Positions 10,890 to 22,477 of a DNA stretch of 23,273 nt are shown here, piece by piece. The stretch is taken from assembly GCA_030141605.1 (NCBI GenBank), contig JAQGDQ010001857.1, forward strand, positions 1-23,273, given 5' to 3'. This stretch comes from Tubiluchus corallicola (lineage: Eukaryota; Animalia; Priapulida). Within the stretch, counting starts at the first letter, position 1. Each line of letters opens with the position of its first letter. Below the pieces are notes generated by a model. It saw only the letters and a program-made list of their open reading frames with translations, ran no database searches and was not told the DNA's origin. The translations under genes were made by a program, and so were the position numbers.

Positions 10890-11485
10890 GTAAGTGTTTG
10901 AATTTTAGTTTTCAGTTTAAAATTAAAATTAAAGTTGATAAGGGGTCTGGTATTTTTGTATCCAAAAATCTATTGCATAATTTTCTTTTATTAAACACAG
11001 ATATTAACATTTTAATTTCATCTTGTATGCTTACTTCTCCATTTAATGTTTTGACAGCGTCATTATTAACATGTTTAATATTATTTTTTTCTTGCTGCAT
11101 ATTTTTTTGCGTCCTAAACAAAATTTAGGTAAAATGTTTTTTTAATTGATAGAGTTACAATTCTTGTGATGTTGATTCAAGATTAGGTTATAGTTTAGGC
11201 AGAGAAATTATGCAGATTCATAGCTTCTCAGTTGAATTAACCCAACCATGTAGTTCACTGTGTGCAATCGAGATGGCAGCACAAGCGTTTTGGCTGAAAT
11301 AGTGGTATGGTACCAGTTTTCAAATGTTGGGACTCATTTTCTTGGTGATCAAATGTTACTCTTTGTACCAACAGTAAACTGCAGGAGGGGAAACAGCTAC
11401 ATTTAATCTCTTGCACATAAATGGTGTGACTTTTTTATACATTTTCTTTATGTCGGCTTCTAAGAGAACGTCTGCTTCTTATATA

Positions 11486-12094
11486 GGTTTTACATGTCAA
11501 ATGTAGACCTGCGTTAACTCAAATGTAGATTTAGGTAATTCAAATGTGTCTTGGTAACTCAAATGTAGACTTAGGTAATTCAAATGTGTCTTGGTAACTC
11601 AAATGTAGACTTAGGTAGTTCAAATGTGTCTTGGTAACTCAAATGTAGACTTTGGTAGTTCAAATGTGTTAACAATGGTTTTCAACAAATCTTGAGTGTT
11701 TTTGGTAAGTCAAATGTAGACACATGTCAAGTCAAATGTGACATTGGTATCTCAAATGTGGATAGGTGGTAAAGCTTAAGGATGTTAAATTTAATCTTCT
11801 TTAATTTCAATTTAATAATTGCTCTTAAGTTAAAATAACAACGTTATAGGTTCACTAATATTCTGCAAACTTTATATATCATTGGTACTGTTAGAGAAAA
11901 CAATACATTCTTAAAATAAACAATGTTTCTTGAGAGAAACTAATTCATTAATGCAGTGCTAATTTCTATGTCTACATTTGACTTACCTAAGTCACATTTG
12001 AGTTACCAAAACACATTCAAAATTCCTATGTCTACATTTGACTTACCTAAGTCACATTTCAACTTTCCTGTGTCTACATTTGACGTGTAAAACC
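11486..12094. mobile_element. Foldback-type MITE with modular subterminal repeats, 609 bp
   Basis: TIRs GGTTTTACATGTCAAATGTAGAC / GTCTACATTTGACGTGTAAAACC (22/23), TATA on both flanks. Left arm has about four 40-bp repeats built on TCAAATGT; right arm carries inverted copies (ACATTTGA). Confidence 0.85.
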
Positions 12095-14105
12095 TATAGC
12101 AAGGATGATGCAGTGATAAAAGTTCATGTTATGCCTGGCGCATCCGGCAATTTTTGTCACCCGCGACTCGATGCAAATGCTCAGTGTTCAGTGATATTCA
12201 TTCGACTCATATGCAATGATGCCTGATTGGCAAGATTTATTAGTACTTAATAACTGCTATTTATAACTATAGTTACTGTATATTTATGCATTTTCTGTAT
12301 TTTGCAATGTAATGTATAGATAGCAAGAATAACCGTAACTGTTGTTTAAATATTAAGCTATTCACAAATAAATTACTAATGAAATATTTTCAACTGGTGA
12401 CCGTTTTTGACCACATGTTAAAAACTGTGGTCAGATTCCTCTTCTATGACAGAAAATGCTTTAAATGACAACTTTCCTTTCATGTTTACAAATAAAAAAT
12501 GCTTCTGTCAATTTGTTTGCTGTCGGTCATGTGGTAGCAATAAGTGCATTCCTCTTTTCCCTATGGTGTCTCCCTACACTGAGCCAGCATGCTTCAACAT
12601 GATAAGTAAAGGAATAGTAATCTTTTTTATTATGAAGTTAAAATAATTGTTAGAAAGAATAATTATACATAGGGTGTATGGACTACCGAGCATTATCTGC
12701 TTGAGGGGACATTTAGATAGGAAAGATATGAGCAGCAGTGCAGTCAGACAAAAATAACACAAAATCTTTTTCATAAATTGTTCCAATATTATTGAAAATA
12801 CGACCAGACTCACTCACACAGAGAGTCGAAAACTATTTGTGTTGCAAAAAGCTAATCATGTGTTTTTTAAACTACTTACAAGACATTTTAAAATGCTTTT
12901 ATTTAAATAATTTTTTACCTGTATTTTGTTTTGTTTTCTCTGTACTATATTTCTTCACTTCTTGTTTGTATTCCTAAATCTTTGTTGTCTTGTTCACATC
13001 ATTGTTATTTCCATTGTTAATTCTGTATTGGCTGTTTCTCTTCTGTTTTGCGATTCTTTCATTTCCTCGTTGTTTTGCTCATGTTAGACTTGATTCCGCT
13101 ATTAATTTGCTATTTGCGTCGCTTGGTTCTGTTTTGATCCCATATGTTCCGTTTTGTCATTTTTACCCTCTTGGACTTCCACAGAATTTCCCATTTCCAG
13201 TAGGCGTTACAGAAATTTTTATTTTTGTAGCTTACTAATATTTTTTTGAAGATTTCACAATTGACGTTTACTGCTTAGTGTGTTGCACACTTATTAAACT
13301 AGCATCATTTTGAGGTAAGCAAGCGTACATTTTGGGCAGACGTAAGCAGCTGATTTTCTGGATCTAGATCCAGGCGCCTAAAAATAGCTACTAAAGTATG
13401 ATAGCTGGAATGTTGGGTAACTTGGTACTTCATACTTCCCCCAAAGGAAGTAGTGTTGAAGTATATAAGTTTATTTATTTCCACTCTGCATCTAACAATT
13501 ATAATAAAAATACAGATAATTTCACTGAAGTAAATATAAATATAAATGCAATATTATCCAGAAATTACAAAAGAGATTCTTATGCGGCGTATACATGTGC
13601 AAATTACATTACAGAATAATTTTGATGCATACAGTTTGAGCCTAAAAGCATAGCTTGACAGGCCAAACTGTACGTGGAAATCTTAAAGAAGTGATTAATA
13701 ATTGAAATAATAATATATATACATAAAAGTGTGGGGGGGAGTAGTGAATGAAAGATGAAATGGAGCGAGAACTAAGAAAAACTAAGGAAAAAGGTTATCT
13801 TGGCACACTATTTGGTATTGAAAGTCAGATGAATTAGTGTAATAATTTTATTGTAGCAAACAGTTTGAATTATTTAAACATATTAAGAGCAAATTTGTTT
13901 TTCAGAAGCGTCAACAATATCTGAAATTAGGCATTTACTTACTGCACGTCTGATGTATATGAGTGTTATTTCAACAGGTGAAGTATTATTTTCCATGTAC
14001 TTAATGCTTTTGTAAAAGTACACGTGACCCGCCCTACCCTCCTGTATCAGGGTTGTGGATCAGGAGTTTCCAAAATAATTTTCTTTTGTTTTTTAATAAT
14101 AATGA

Positions 14106-14482
14106 GCCTTTTCACAGTTTCGTTGTGTGCATGCGCAGTAGCTGTAGGTCAAAGGTTAAGTGTACCACAGCAACGTGTCTTAACTACAACCGTCATGTGA
14201 CATGTGTAAAGCAAAGCCATTTCGCGCATCAGTTCAGTAACTTCAGTCATTTTACGTGAACTTTACTTAGTTGTGCATTAGTCTGTGCATGAGTAGCTAG
14301 CAGGATCTTGCTTGGGAACAAGAAAAATGAACTAGGCAAGGTTCTAGCTAGCTGGCTAAAACTGTTAGTATTACAGTAGCTTGGGCTGCGAGGCGTTGTC
14401 AAGTGTACACAAATGCACTGTCTGATACACTTAACCTTTGACCTTTTCACGATCATCATCAATCGCTGGAACTGTGAAAGGC
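14106..14482. mobile_element. MITE with terminal and internal inverted repeats, possibly PIF/Harbinger-like
   Basis: GCCTTTTCACAGTT ... AACTGTGAAAGGC ends with TGA/TTA flanks; perfect 19-bp internal IR AGGTCAAAGGTTAAGTGTA (14146-14164) / TACACTTAACCTTTGACCT (14426-14444). Confidence 0.6.
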
Positions 14483-15980
14483 TTATTCAGTGTAGTGAAG
14501 AGAAAAACAGTGCAACCACATGTCAGCATGTAGTGCAATGAATTACACAGCAGACGTTTCTATTCTATTCTATAAATTGTTGGTTGCCTTTGATTACGCT
14601 GGTTAATTTCATGAATTGTGCTTGATAAGGCTTACTTGCAAGAAACGCAGTCTAAATCTTAGTCTAGTACATGGAACACAACGACCCTAGTTTAGTGAAT
14701 TTCACCAGGTATTCTTCATCTCCATGTTGGAGAACATGGAATTAATTTTGTTTTTGCAAAATACAAAAGCCCTCATCTTTTTATTGCCTGGCGCGTTGAT
14801 TGCTTGGCAGTTTGAAGAGGACGAATAAGAGAAAATGATGAAAACAGTATACGGATGAGGTTCCGCTTTTGAACACGAATGCTCAAAATGTCAGCTGATT
14901 AATTTTTAATCTTAGGGATATTGGAAACTCTTGTGTGGCGGAGAACACTTGTCAGTGTATGACGACGTAAATAATGAATACTATTCGATAGCAGAAGCCT
15001 GTCATTTGGGCATACATGTATAATGCAGTAATTCGTTGTCGATTCGTGAAACGTTTGACCCAGAAAGGGTATCGAGTGTTCCCGTTTCGATACCGCGCAG
15101 TAATTGTCGATGAGTTTTGACAGGACTCTTCGTTCCCCGATGACGACAATGTTTTCGTAGCTGCCGTCCAAATATTTACTTTATTCACCCGTGCGATTTG
15201 CTTCTTCATCCGTTTAGGTGATGAAGTCGGGTCGATGATGAATTATGCATCGTCAGCATCTTGAAACAGCATTAAGAGCCTGTTAGAGAAAATAACAGTC
15301 AATGTTAATATTTGCATAGAGGTTTGTTTGAATGTTGAATGAATTCCGGATCCAGAGTGGAGGCGGTCATGCAAACACTGACCAATGGTTGATTTTGAGT
15401 GATACTAGTAATGGAGCAGCGCATGTCCTAGAAAACTAAGTTACCGCATTTCGATTGTTTTTCTACCTCACTACCTTTCTATCTAACTGCTTTTGATGTG
15501 AAAAAGTCACTCAGCTTTCACAGTCAGTTTGAAACAGCATTAATAACAGCTAAGCAACAATAAGTGTCAACTTTTAATTTTACAGTGTAAAAAGTGTAAT
15601 AGTTTATGTTAGTTCGTCAAATGATTTACAGTTTCTGCATGTTTGGTGGTTACAGTTAAGATATTCATAAGTAAAAAATGATTGATTTTAGTGAAAATGG
15701 ATCATTTGTTTTATTATTGTCACTAGACCTACATAGACTGCAAGTGGTGTCTCGATATCTGTTCACATTTTTGTTGTTCATAAAAAGCTTTTCTTCCTAC
15801 GATCTGATCACTTATTCTTTCATGTACTCGTTCAAAACTTTTACCAAATTGATAAGAACTACTTGATATGACGACTTACCGGAACGTAGGTCGTCTGTCT
15901 GTTGTTATAAATCATTATTAGGGGTATTGAAAATTTATATTATAGGCAGCTATCACTTCCCAGAAGTATATACCATCAAA

Positions 15981-16116
15981 GCTAGTTTCACCAGCTAGCC
16001 AGTTGGCCACATTGGCTAGTTGCACCAGGTAGCCAGTTGGCCACACCGGCTAGTTTCACCAGCTAGCCAGTTGGCCACACTGGCTAGTTTCACCTGCTAG
16101 CCAGTTGGCCACACTG
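15981..16116. repeat. 34-bp tandem repeat, 4 copies
   Basis: Unit GCTAGTTTCACCAGCTAGCCAGTTGGCCACACTG starting at 15981, 16015, 16049 and 16083. Confidence 0.92.
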
Positions 16117-17137
16117 AACTTGAACTGGAAAACACGTGGTTGGTCAATAGAGAACCAGGGATGATGCGTCAATAGAGATGATGCGAGGGTTGGTGCATTG
16201 CACATCTCTAACCCTGGGGACAGCAATCTGTTACATATCCACCCTTGTCTTTCTTTTGACCACCTTGGGGAGGGGAGGGGGAGGAGGTCCATGATTGGTC
16301 ACCTAAAATTAGTGTTTACAGGAAGAGAGGTGTACTGGCCAATATCTAAATTTTAGTAGCAGTTCTGTGTATACACTCCTGTGCTCAGAACTGGTTGCCT
16401 GGTGGCCCACATGGAAAAAACTCCTTGATAAAGGATATCAACTCCAAAGGATTTTAACCAAGATGCAGTTTTTCTTCCTAAACTCTTCCTGCTAGTGAAC
16501 ATTTTTTCATTTTACACCATTTTGTACCATTTACATAATCGTTCCTTTGTTCTTAACTAAAATCCTAGCAGTTGAACCATGCTCGTTTGAAAAAGGCATA
16601 AAAAAGACGATAATCTTGAGATTGCTGTTTCTGATGTCGAATTGCTATGTTGCTCTGGCAGTGAGGTAACATCGTGTAAGAGGTTTCAATACCAGAATGA
16701 CTGATTATTTTCAGAGTGTAAGATACGAAAGAGGTCTCAAGGCCAGAATGACTGGTTATCGTCACAGGGTATCACCTACGGTTGAAAGTGACCAAGATGG
16801 CCGTCTGTCCTTAAAATCTTATGGCGAGAGATAACTATTGGTTTTCAGATTCCTTTACTTTTAATATATGAACGTTATTGTAATTATCATTTAAAATTTC
16901 GTCGGTCTTTTTTTGCACTTATTCTGTATGACTTTCCAGCTTTTTGATTCTTCCTTTTTCGTGTTTATTAATTAATCTAATGATGGCATAAGCACGACAC
17001 ATCGTAACAGTTAGAATCAGGATTGCGTTTGACGAAATTTAATGATTACTCCTCTATGGAATCCGTTTGTAATTGCATAGCAGTGATTTAAGGCATTCGC
17101 TTGCACTTTTGCATTAATTTTTATAAATTATTTTCAG

Positions 17138-17233
17138 GCGGGAAATGATCCTTACTGCTTCGTAGAATTTGTAGAGCATCAAGCGGCCGCTGCCGCATTG
17201 TTGGCTATGAACAGGAGGATGTGCTTGGGAAAG
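17138..17233 (+). CDS. TIA1: TIA1/TIAL1-family exon, RRM1 continuation ([32 protein letters not shown]), 96 nt
   Basis: TTATTTTCAG acceptor ending at 17137, AAG|GTGAGA donor at 17234. The [14 protein letters not shown]1 region is diagnostic of TIA-1/TIAR. Phase 0 on both sides. The expected next exon (E-x-KVNWA) was not seen in the window. Confidence 0.95.
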
Positions 17234-18139
17234 GTGAGAGATATTAAATTAACATTTTTTTGTGAATTTGCCATGCAACTAATTATGTATGTGCCATATG
17301 CTTTTGTACCATATATGATTTGAGTAAAGTCATTGAGTAACTAATTATGAATATGCCATACGAATGTGTGATACTTGAGTAAGTATGTGCCCAGATATCA
17401 TACAGTTGAAAAGTAAATAATTAATTCTTTGAAGTTATTCATGATAAATTCAAATTCAGTTCATTTCACCAGCAAACAAGCAAACTATGATAATACAAGT
17501 TTTACATGTACAACTTTTTTGCATAATTGAAAAAAACAACACAAAAATAGATCAATTTTTGACTCCCTAAATATACTATATTAAAGTGTTGAAGTTTGCC
17601 GCATGGCAGCTTTAAAGGGGACCTTGTTAAGCCACCACGAAACGTGAAACAAAGAACGAACATGATGAGGAGAGACGAGAATAAAGAAGAGCTATGTTGA
17701 AGTTAGTAGAAAGAAAACGGAAGGAAAGGAGTCAAAAGAAAACACAAAATAAGAAAACAATGACGACAATGAAAACAATGAAAACAATTGTAAGAAAGCA
17801 TGATGTCAGTGCTGCATAAGAAAACTATCACCTTGTTGTTAGTATCTAACAACAGGCCCACACTGTCTCAGAGAGTACTACCTTGCATTATCTATCTGTG
17901 ATAGATGGAGGATATCTATGAGATTGACATTTGTTATGTACAAGTACAAATTCTTACAATTGCACAAAAAGTTTTCATTAACACAGTGGTAAAACATACA
18001 GTCTGTTAAATAAACAACTCTTGTTAGTATAGTATTTTTGCAAAAAACAACAGCAAAACAAGTTACAGTCAAACCATTAGTTAGTCATCGTGCAACGCAA
18101 TCAAAATTGCTTCTTTCATTTTTTGATATTATTTTAGTA

Positions 18140-18235
18140 CTAGCAAAGGCCCCGCAAAAAATTTTGCGCAAAATACACTTATAATCAAAAATACGCGAAC
18201 ATCCTACATAGTCCTCGTTTTTATCACGGAAAGCC
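18140..18235 (-). mobile_element. Helitron-like 3' end from the same family as 5649-5743; the element body may extend to about 18570
   Basis: The reverse complement aligns to 5649-5743 over about 95 bp (GAGGACTATGTAGGATGTTCGCGTATT...TTTTGCGGGGCCTTTGCTAG|T) and includes the hairpin. Confidence 0.75.
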
Positions 18236-18895
18236 AGCAGCAGCTTTTACTGAATTAAAGTTATAGGCAAAGTATAATGGATGACGTCACAACAACAATG
18301 GCTTTGCGTCAGCAGTTTTCCAAGCCAAAATTGCCAAAAATAGTACATCTAATTGACTTGTCGGCACTCCTTTTGGTGGACGTGTCCTAAAATATAGCCC
18401 ACATCATCGTGTAGCCCTGTTCTTTCTCTTTCTAAAGAGTCCTATATTTCCTTTCGAGAGTCCCACCAGGCGCCGCTAGAACGTTTTTTTCTACAGGCTG
18501 TTTGGTCAAAATTTCGAAAAAATCGCGAGTAAAGAATGCACAGCTCTATGATTCTACAAACTCACTAGCGCTTGCACATTGGTGGCACTATTGTTAATAC
18601 AATTTATCATTTATTAAAATGTACATGTATAGTTAGTTACTTTTGTTTTTAATCTACTAAAGCTATATTGAATAGAGTCAAACAGATTGCTGAGTATGGA
18701 CTGCCCTTATAGTTTTAACACCTAGAGAAAATCTACATCATTTACTACATTCTATATGAATATTTTACATTCATTCTTATATTTGAATAGAATTATTACT
18801 TCTTAAATTTTCTATGTATTTGATTTATATAGTAATGGGTAGACATTGTTTATCTTTTAGACTTTGTACATTTTACGAAGATATTACTTTAATAT

Positions 18896-19378
18896 ACTGT
18901 ACTATACTATACTATACTATACTGTACTGTACTATACTATACTATACTATACTATACTATACTATACTATACTATACTATACTATACTATACTATACTAT
19001 ACTATACTATACTATACTATACTATACTATACTACACTACACTACACTACACTACACTACACTACACTACACTACACTACACTACCCTACCCTACCCTAC
19101 CCTACCCTACCCTACCCTACCCTACCCTACCCTACCCTACCCTACCCTAGCATAGCATAGCATAGCATAGCATAGCATAGCATAGCATATCATATCATAT
19201 CATATCATATCATATCATATCATATCATATCATATCATATCATATCATATCATATCATATCATATCATATCATATCATATCATATCATATGTAACACAAC
19301 ACAACATAACATAACAACATAATAGCATAACATAACGTAACGTAACGTAACGTAACGTAACATAACATAAAACATAAT
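18896..19378. repeat. Compound pentanucleotide microsatellite
   Basis: In one 5-bp register: ACTAT x ~26 (with ACTGT variants), ACTAC x11, CCTAC x12, CCTAG x1, CATAG x7, CATAT x21, then a degenerate CATAA/CGTAA/CACAA tail. Confidence 0.97.
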
Positions 19379-20190
19379 ATTGCAGAGTGATTGAGTACTA
19401 GTGTTTTCTTATGAATCGTTGGCTTCATTCATTACAGCAGTTTAAACTTCTCATTTTGTTCCTGTGTTATCCAACATGCCACCTTGCAATGCGTTATCAA
19501 TGAAAAATTTAAATGTCGAAATTGAATTAAAGTGGATGTGTGAATATTGCCACGTCAAATTAGATTTTGAATTTGATAGCCGCGCAGCCTGGCTTTCCAT
19601 TTGCAAATTGCTGTTTTACATTTGTACGCGAATGGAGGAAAACACTGCCGTTTGATAAAATTCTGGATCAGAATTTCCCCCGAAGTTTGAGCACTTTAAA
19701 GCTATTATGTGCATGGCTTGTCGGTTGCTTATAACAATCTACACTAGGCTTGTTGAGACAGAAAATTTCCCGTAATTTTCAACAGAGATTAGTTAACATT
19801 AACACTGCAATCCAGTGAGGAGCACAGCTGTGCTAGTTTTTGCTGTGATGGGCCTTTACTGACATTAAGCCTTCACAAATTAACAACAATTTACCCTTGT
19901 GTGACAAGATTTTAAGTTGGTCACTATGTGTGAAATATAACAATTTTATTATTTCAACTTTAATGCCACCAGAAGCAGTTCTCTTCCTTTCTGCTGTTCA
20001 CCAATAGCGTTTTTGTCTTAATATTAAAGCTAACCTTTATTTGCATGGCTTCCCTAGAACATTGGCTTCCCTAAATTCTTGAAGCTATTATGTTTTGTGC
20101 TTTATTGTTGTTGGCATACTTAACTCGTGCAGGGTGATTTCAGATGTAAAACAGTTTTGAGCAGCATTTTTTTACATTGCACCAGCAGCG

Positions 20191-21649
20191 GAGTGTTTAT
20201 ATTATAGATGTTTCGATAGTAATGTTTGTTGACTATGAGTGTTTATATTGTTATAGATGTTTCGATAGTAATGTTTGTTGATTGTGAGTGTTTATATTGT
20301 TATAGATGTTTCGATAGTAATGTTTGTTGATTGTGAGTGTTTATATTGTTATAGATGTTTCGATGGTAATGTTTGTTGATTGTGAGTGTTTATATTGTTA
20401 TAGATGTTTCGATGGTAATGTTTGTTGATTGTGAGTGTTTATAATGTTATAGATGTTTCGATAGTAATGTTTGTTGATTGTGAGTGTTTATATTGTTATA
20501 GATGTTTCGATGGTAATGTTTGTTGATTGTGAGTGTTTATATTGTTGTAGATGTTTCGATAGTAATGTTTGTTGATTGTGAGTGTTTATATTGTTGTAGA
20601 TGTTTCGATAGTAATGTCTGTTGATTGTGAGTGTTTATATTGTTATAGATGTTTCGATAGTAATGTCTGTTGATTGTGAGTGTTTATATTGTTATAGATG
20701 TTTCGATAGTAATGTCTGTTGATCGTGAGTGTTTATATTGTTATAGATGTTTCGATAGTAATGTTTGTTGATTATGAGTGTTTATATTGTTATAGATGTT
20801 TCGATAGTAATGCCTGTTGATTGTGAGTGTTTATATTGTTATAGATGTTTCGATAGTAATGTTTGTTGATTGTGAGTGTTTATATTGTTATAGATGTTTC
20901 GATAGTAATGTTTGTTGATTGTGAGTGTTTATATTGTTATAGATGTTTCGATAGTAATGTTTGTTGATTGTGAGTGTTTATATTGTTATAGATGTTTCGA
21001 TAGTAATGTTTGTTGACTATGAGTGTTTATATTGTTATAGATGTTTCGATAGTAATGTTTGTTGATTGTGAGTGTTTATATTGTTATAGATGTTTCGATA
21101 GTAATGTTTGTTGATTGTGAGTGTTTATATTGTTATAGATGTTTCGATAGTAATGTTTGTTGATTGTGAGTGTTTATATTGTTATAGATGTTTCGATAGT
21201 AATGTTCGTTGATTGTGAGTGTTTATATTGTTATAGATGTTTCGATAGTAATGTCTGTTGATTATGAGTGTTTATATTGTTATAGATGTTTCGATAGTAA
21301 TGTTTGTTGATTATGAGTGTTTATATTGTTATAGATGTTTCGATAGTAATGTTTGTTGATTATGAGTGTTTATATTGTTATAGATGTTTCGATAGTAATG
21401 TTTGTTGATTGTGAGTGTTTATATTGTTATAGATGTTTCGATAGTAATGTTTGTTGATTGTGAGTGTTTATATTGTTATAGATGTTTCGATAGTAATGTT
21501 TGTTGATTGTGAGTGTTTATATTGTTGTAGATGTTTCGATAGTAATGTTTGTTGATTGTGAGTGTTTATATTGTTGTAGATGTTTCGATAGTAATGTCTG
21601 TTGATCGTGAGTGTTTATATTGTTATAGATGTTTCGATAGTAATGTTTG
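20191..21649. repeat. 49-bp GT-rich minisatellite, about 30 copies, intronic
   Basis: Unit GAGTGTTTATATTGTTATAGATGTTTCGATAGTAATGTTTGTTGATTGT; one 46-bp first unit, 28 full units (20237-21608) and a partial last unit. Confidence 0.97.
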
Positions 21650-22027
21650 CCTGGTTTTTAGGTTCCAGTTTGGCTAGAGACCAACTATCGAGTTTGAGTG
21701 TTTATGATGTTGAAAAGAATCAGGAGCTGTCTGTGAAACTGCTGCTTTGGAAAGTATGAGGAACTTTGTTATTTAACTTGAGTGTAAACATTTTCATACC
21801 TAGTTACCCCTGAACGTCTCTTGAATGTCCTTTTAGTAACATGAAAATCCTGTTTGTTTTTACACTCTAACAAATATGAAACATGTATATCCAACAATAT
21901 TATGTATTTATTACTTAACAGACAGTAGTCTTTTTATTTTAATATTACTCTGGGTGAAGTGAGCTTGTTTTGCTGCACTTACCGTCATAATTTGGACCTG
22001 ATGCCATCTGCAGTAGTTTATATTGTA

Positions 22028-22105
22028 CAGTAGTCGCAGCTTAATAGACTCACTTTGGAACCGAAGTGTTTTGATCCAATTAACCGATTGAACCTATTAA
22101 CCGAT
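22028..22105 (+). mobile_element. Left end of a pogo/Tigger-like Tc1/mariner element
   Basis: TA|CAGTAG start, CACTTTGGAACCGA, and a duplicated ATTAACCGAT subterminal motif; recognised by resemblance only, with no matching right end seen. Confidence 0.4.
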
Positions 22106-22477
22106 GGGCATAGTATTACTGGTATAGAAGTATGAGTCATCAACTTAGTATGTACTGCAAAGGCTTTTAATGAATTTTAAAAACGAAGTAATGCCTAAAT
22201 TCCTTTGTGCAGTTAAAAATTTAAAAATTTATTTTGAAATATTAATTTATATAGGTGAATTAGCAATAAATTAAAAAGTATACTTTTCTAAATCACATAA
22301 GTCTGTTTATTTGCAAAAATTACAAAAAATTCCTTCAATGTCGGCTGCTTCATTTTGTCGCGAAGAAGTTGGCTCACAAAGTTCTCATAATTATGAAAAT
22401 GTTGAAAATCTGTTACTGTGTTGTACTTATTCTTGTAAAACATTTAGCGCTTGGCGTGCTTGAACTGCAGTTTTTCA

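Noticed and set aside
12920-13238. Hydrophobic + strand ORFs and a purine-rich minus-strand frame
   Set aside because: Low-complexity T-rich intron sequence with stops and no homology that I can recognise.
14835-14898. Box C/D snoRNA (ATGATGA ... CTGA, 64 nt)
   Set aside because: Only about 2 bp of terminal stem and no rRNA or snRNA guide that I can recognise; a snoscan or Infernal run would be needed.
14899-15209. Minus-strand ORFs of 85-90 aa in the CpG-rich block
   Set aside because: No recognisable domain or splice support; higher GC alone lengthens ORFs.
16267-16287. G-quadruplex motif
   Set aside because: Only three long G runs plus GG pairs; no other support.
18814-19160. YYTIL/TTLHY/PTLPY ORFs
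   Set aside because: Translation artefacts of the pentanucleotide microsatellite.
20191-21649. CRISPR-like array
   Set aside because: Pure head-to-tail tandem repeat without spacers, in a eukaryotic intron.
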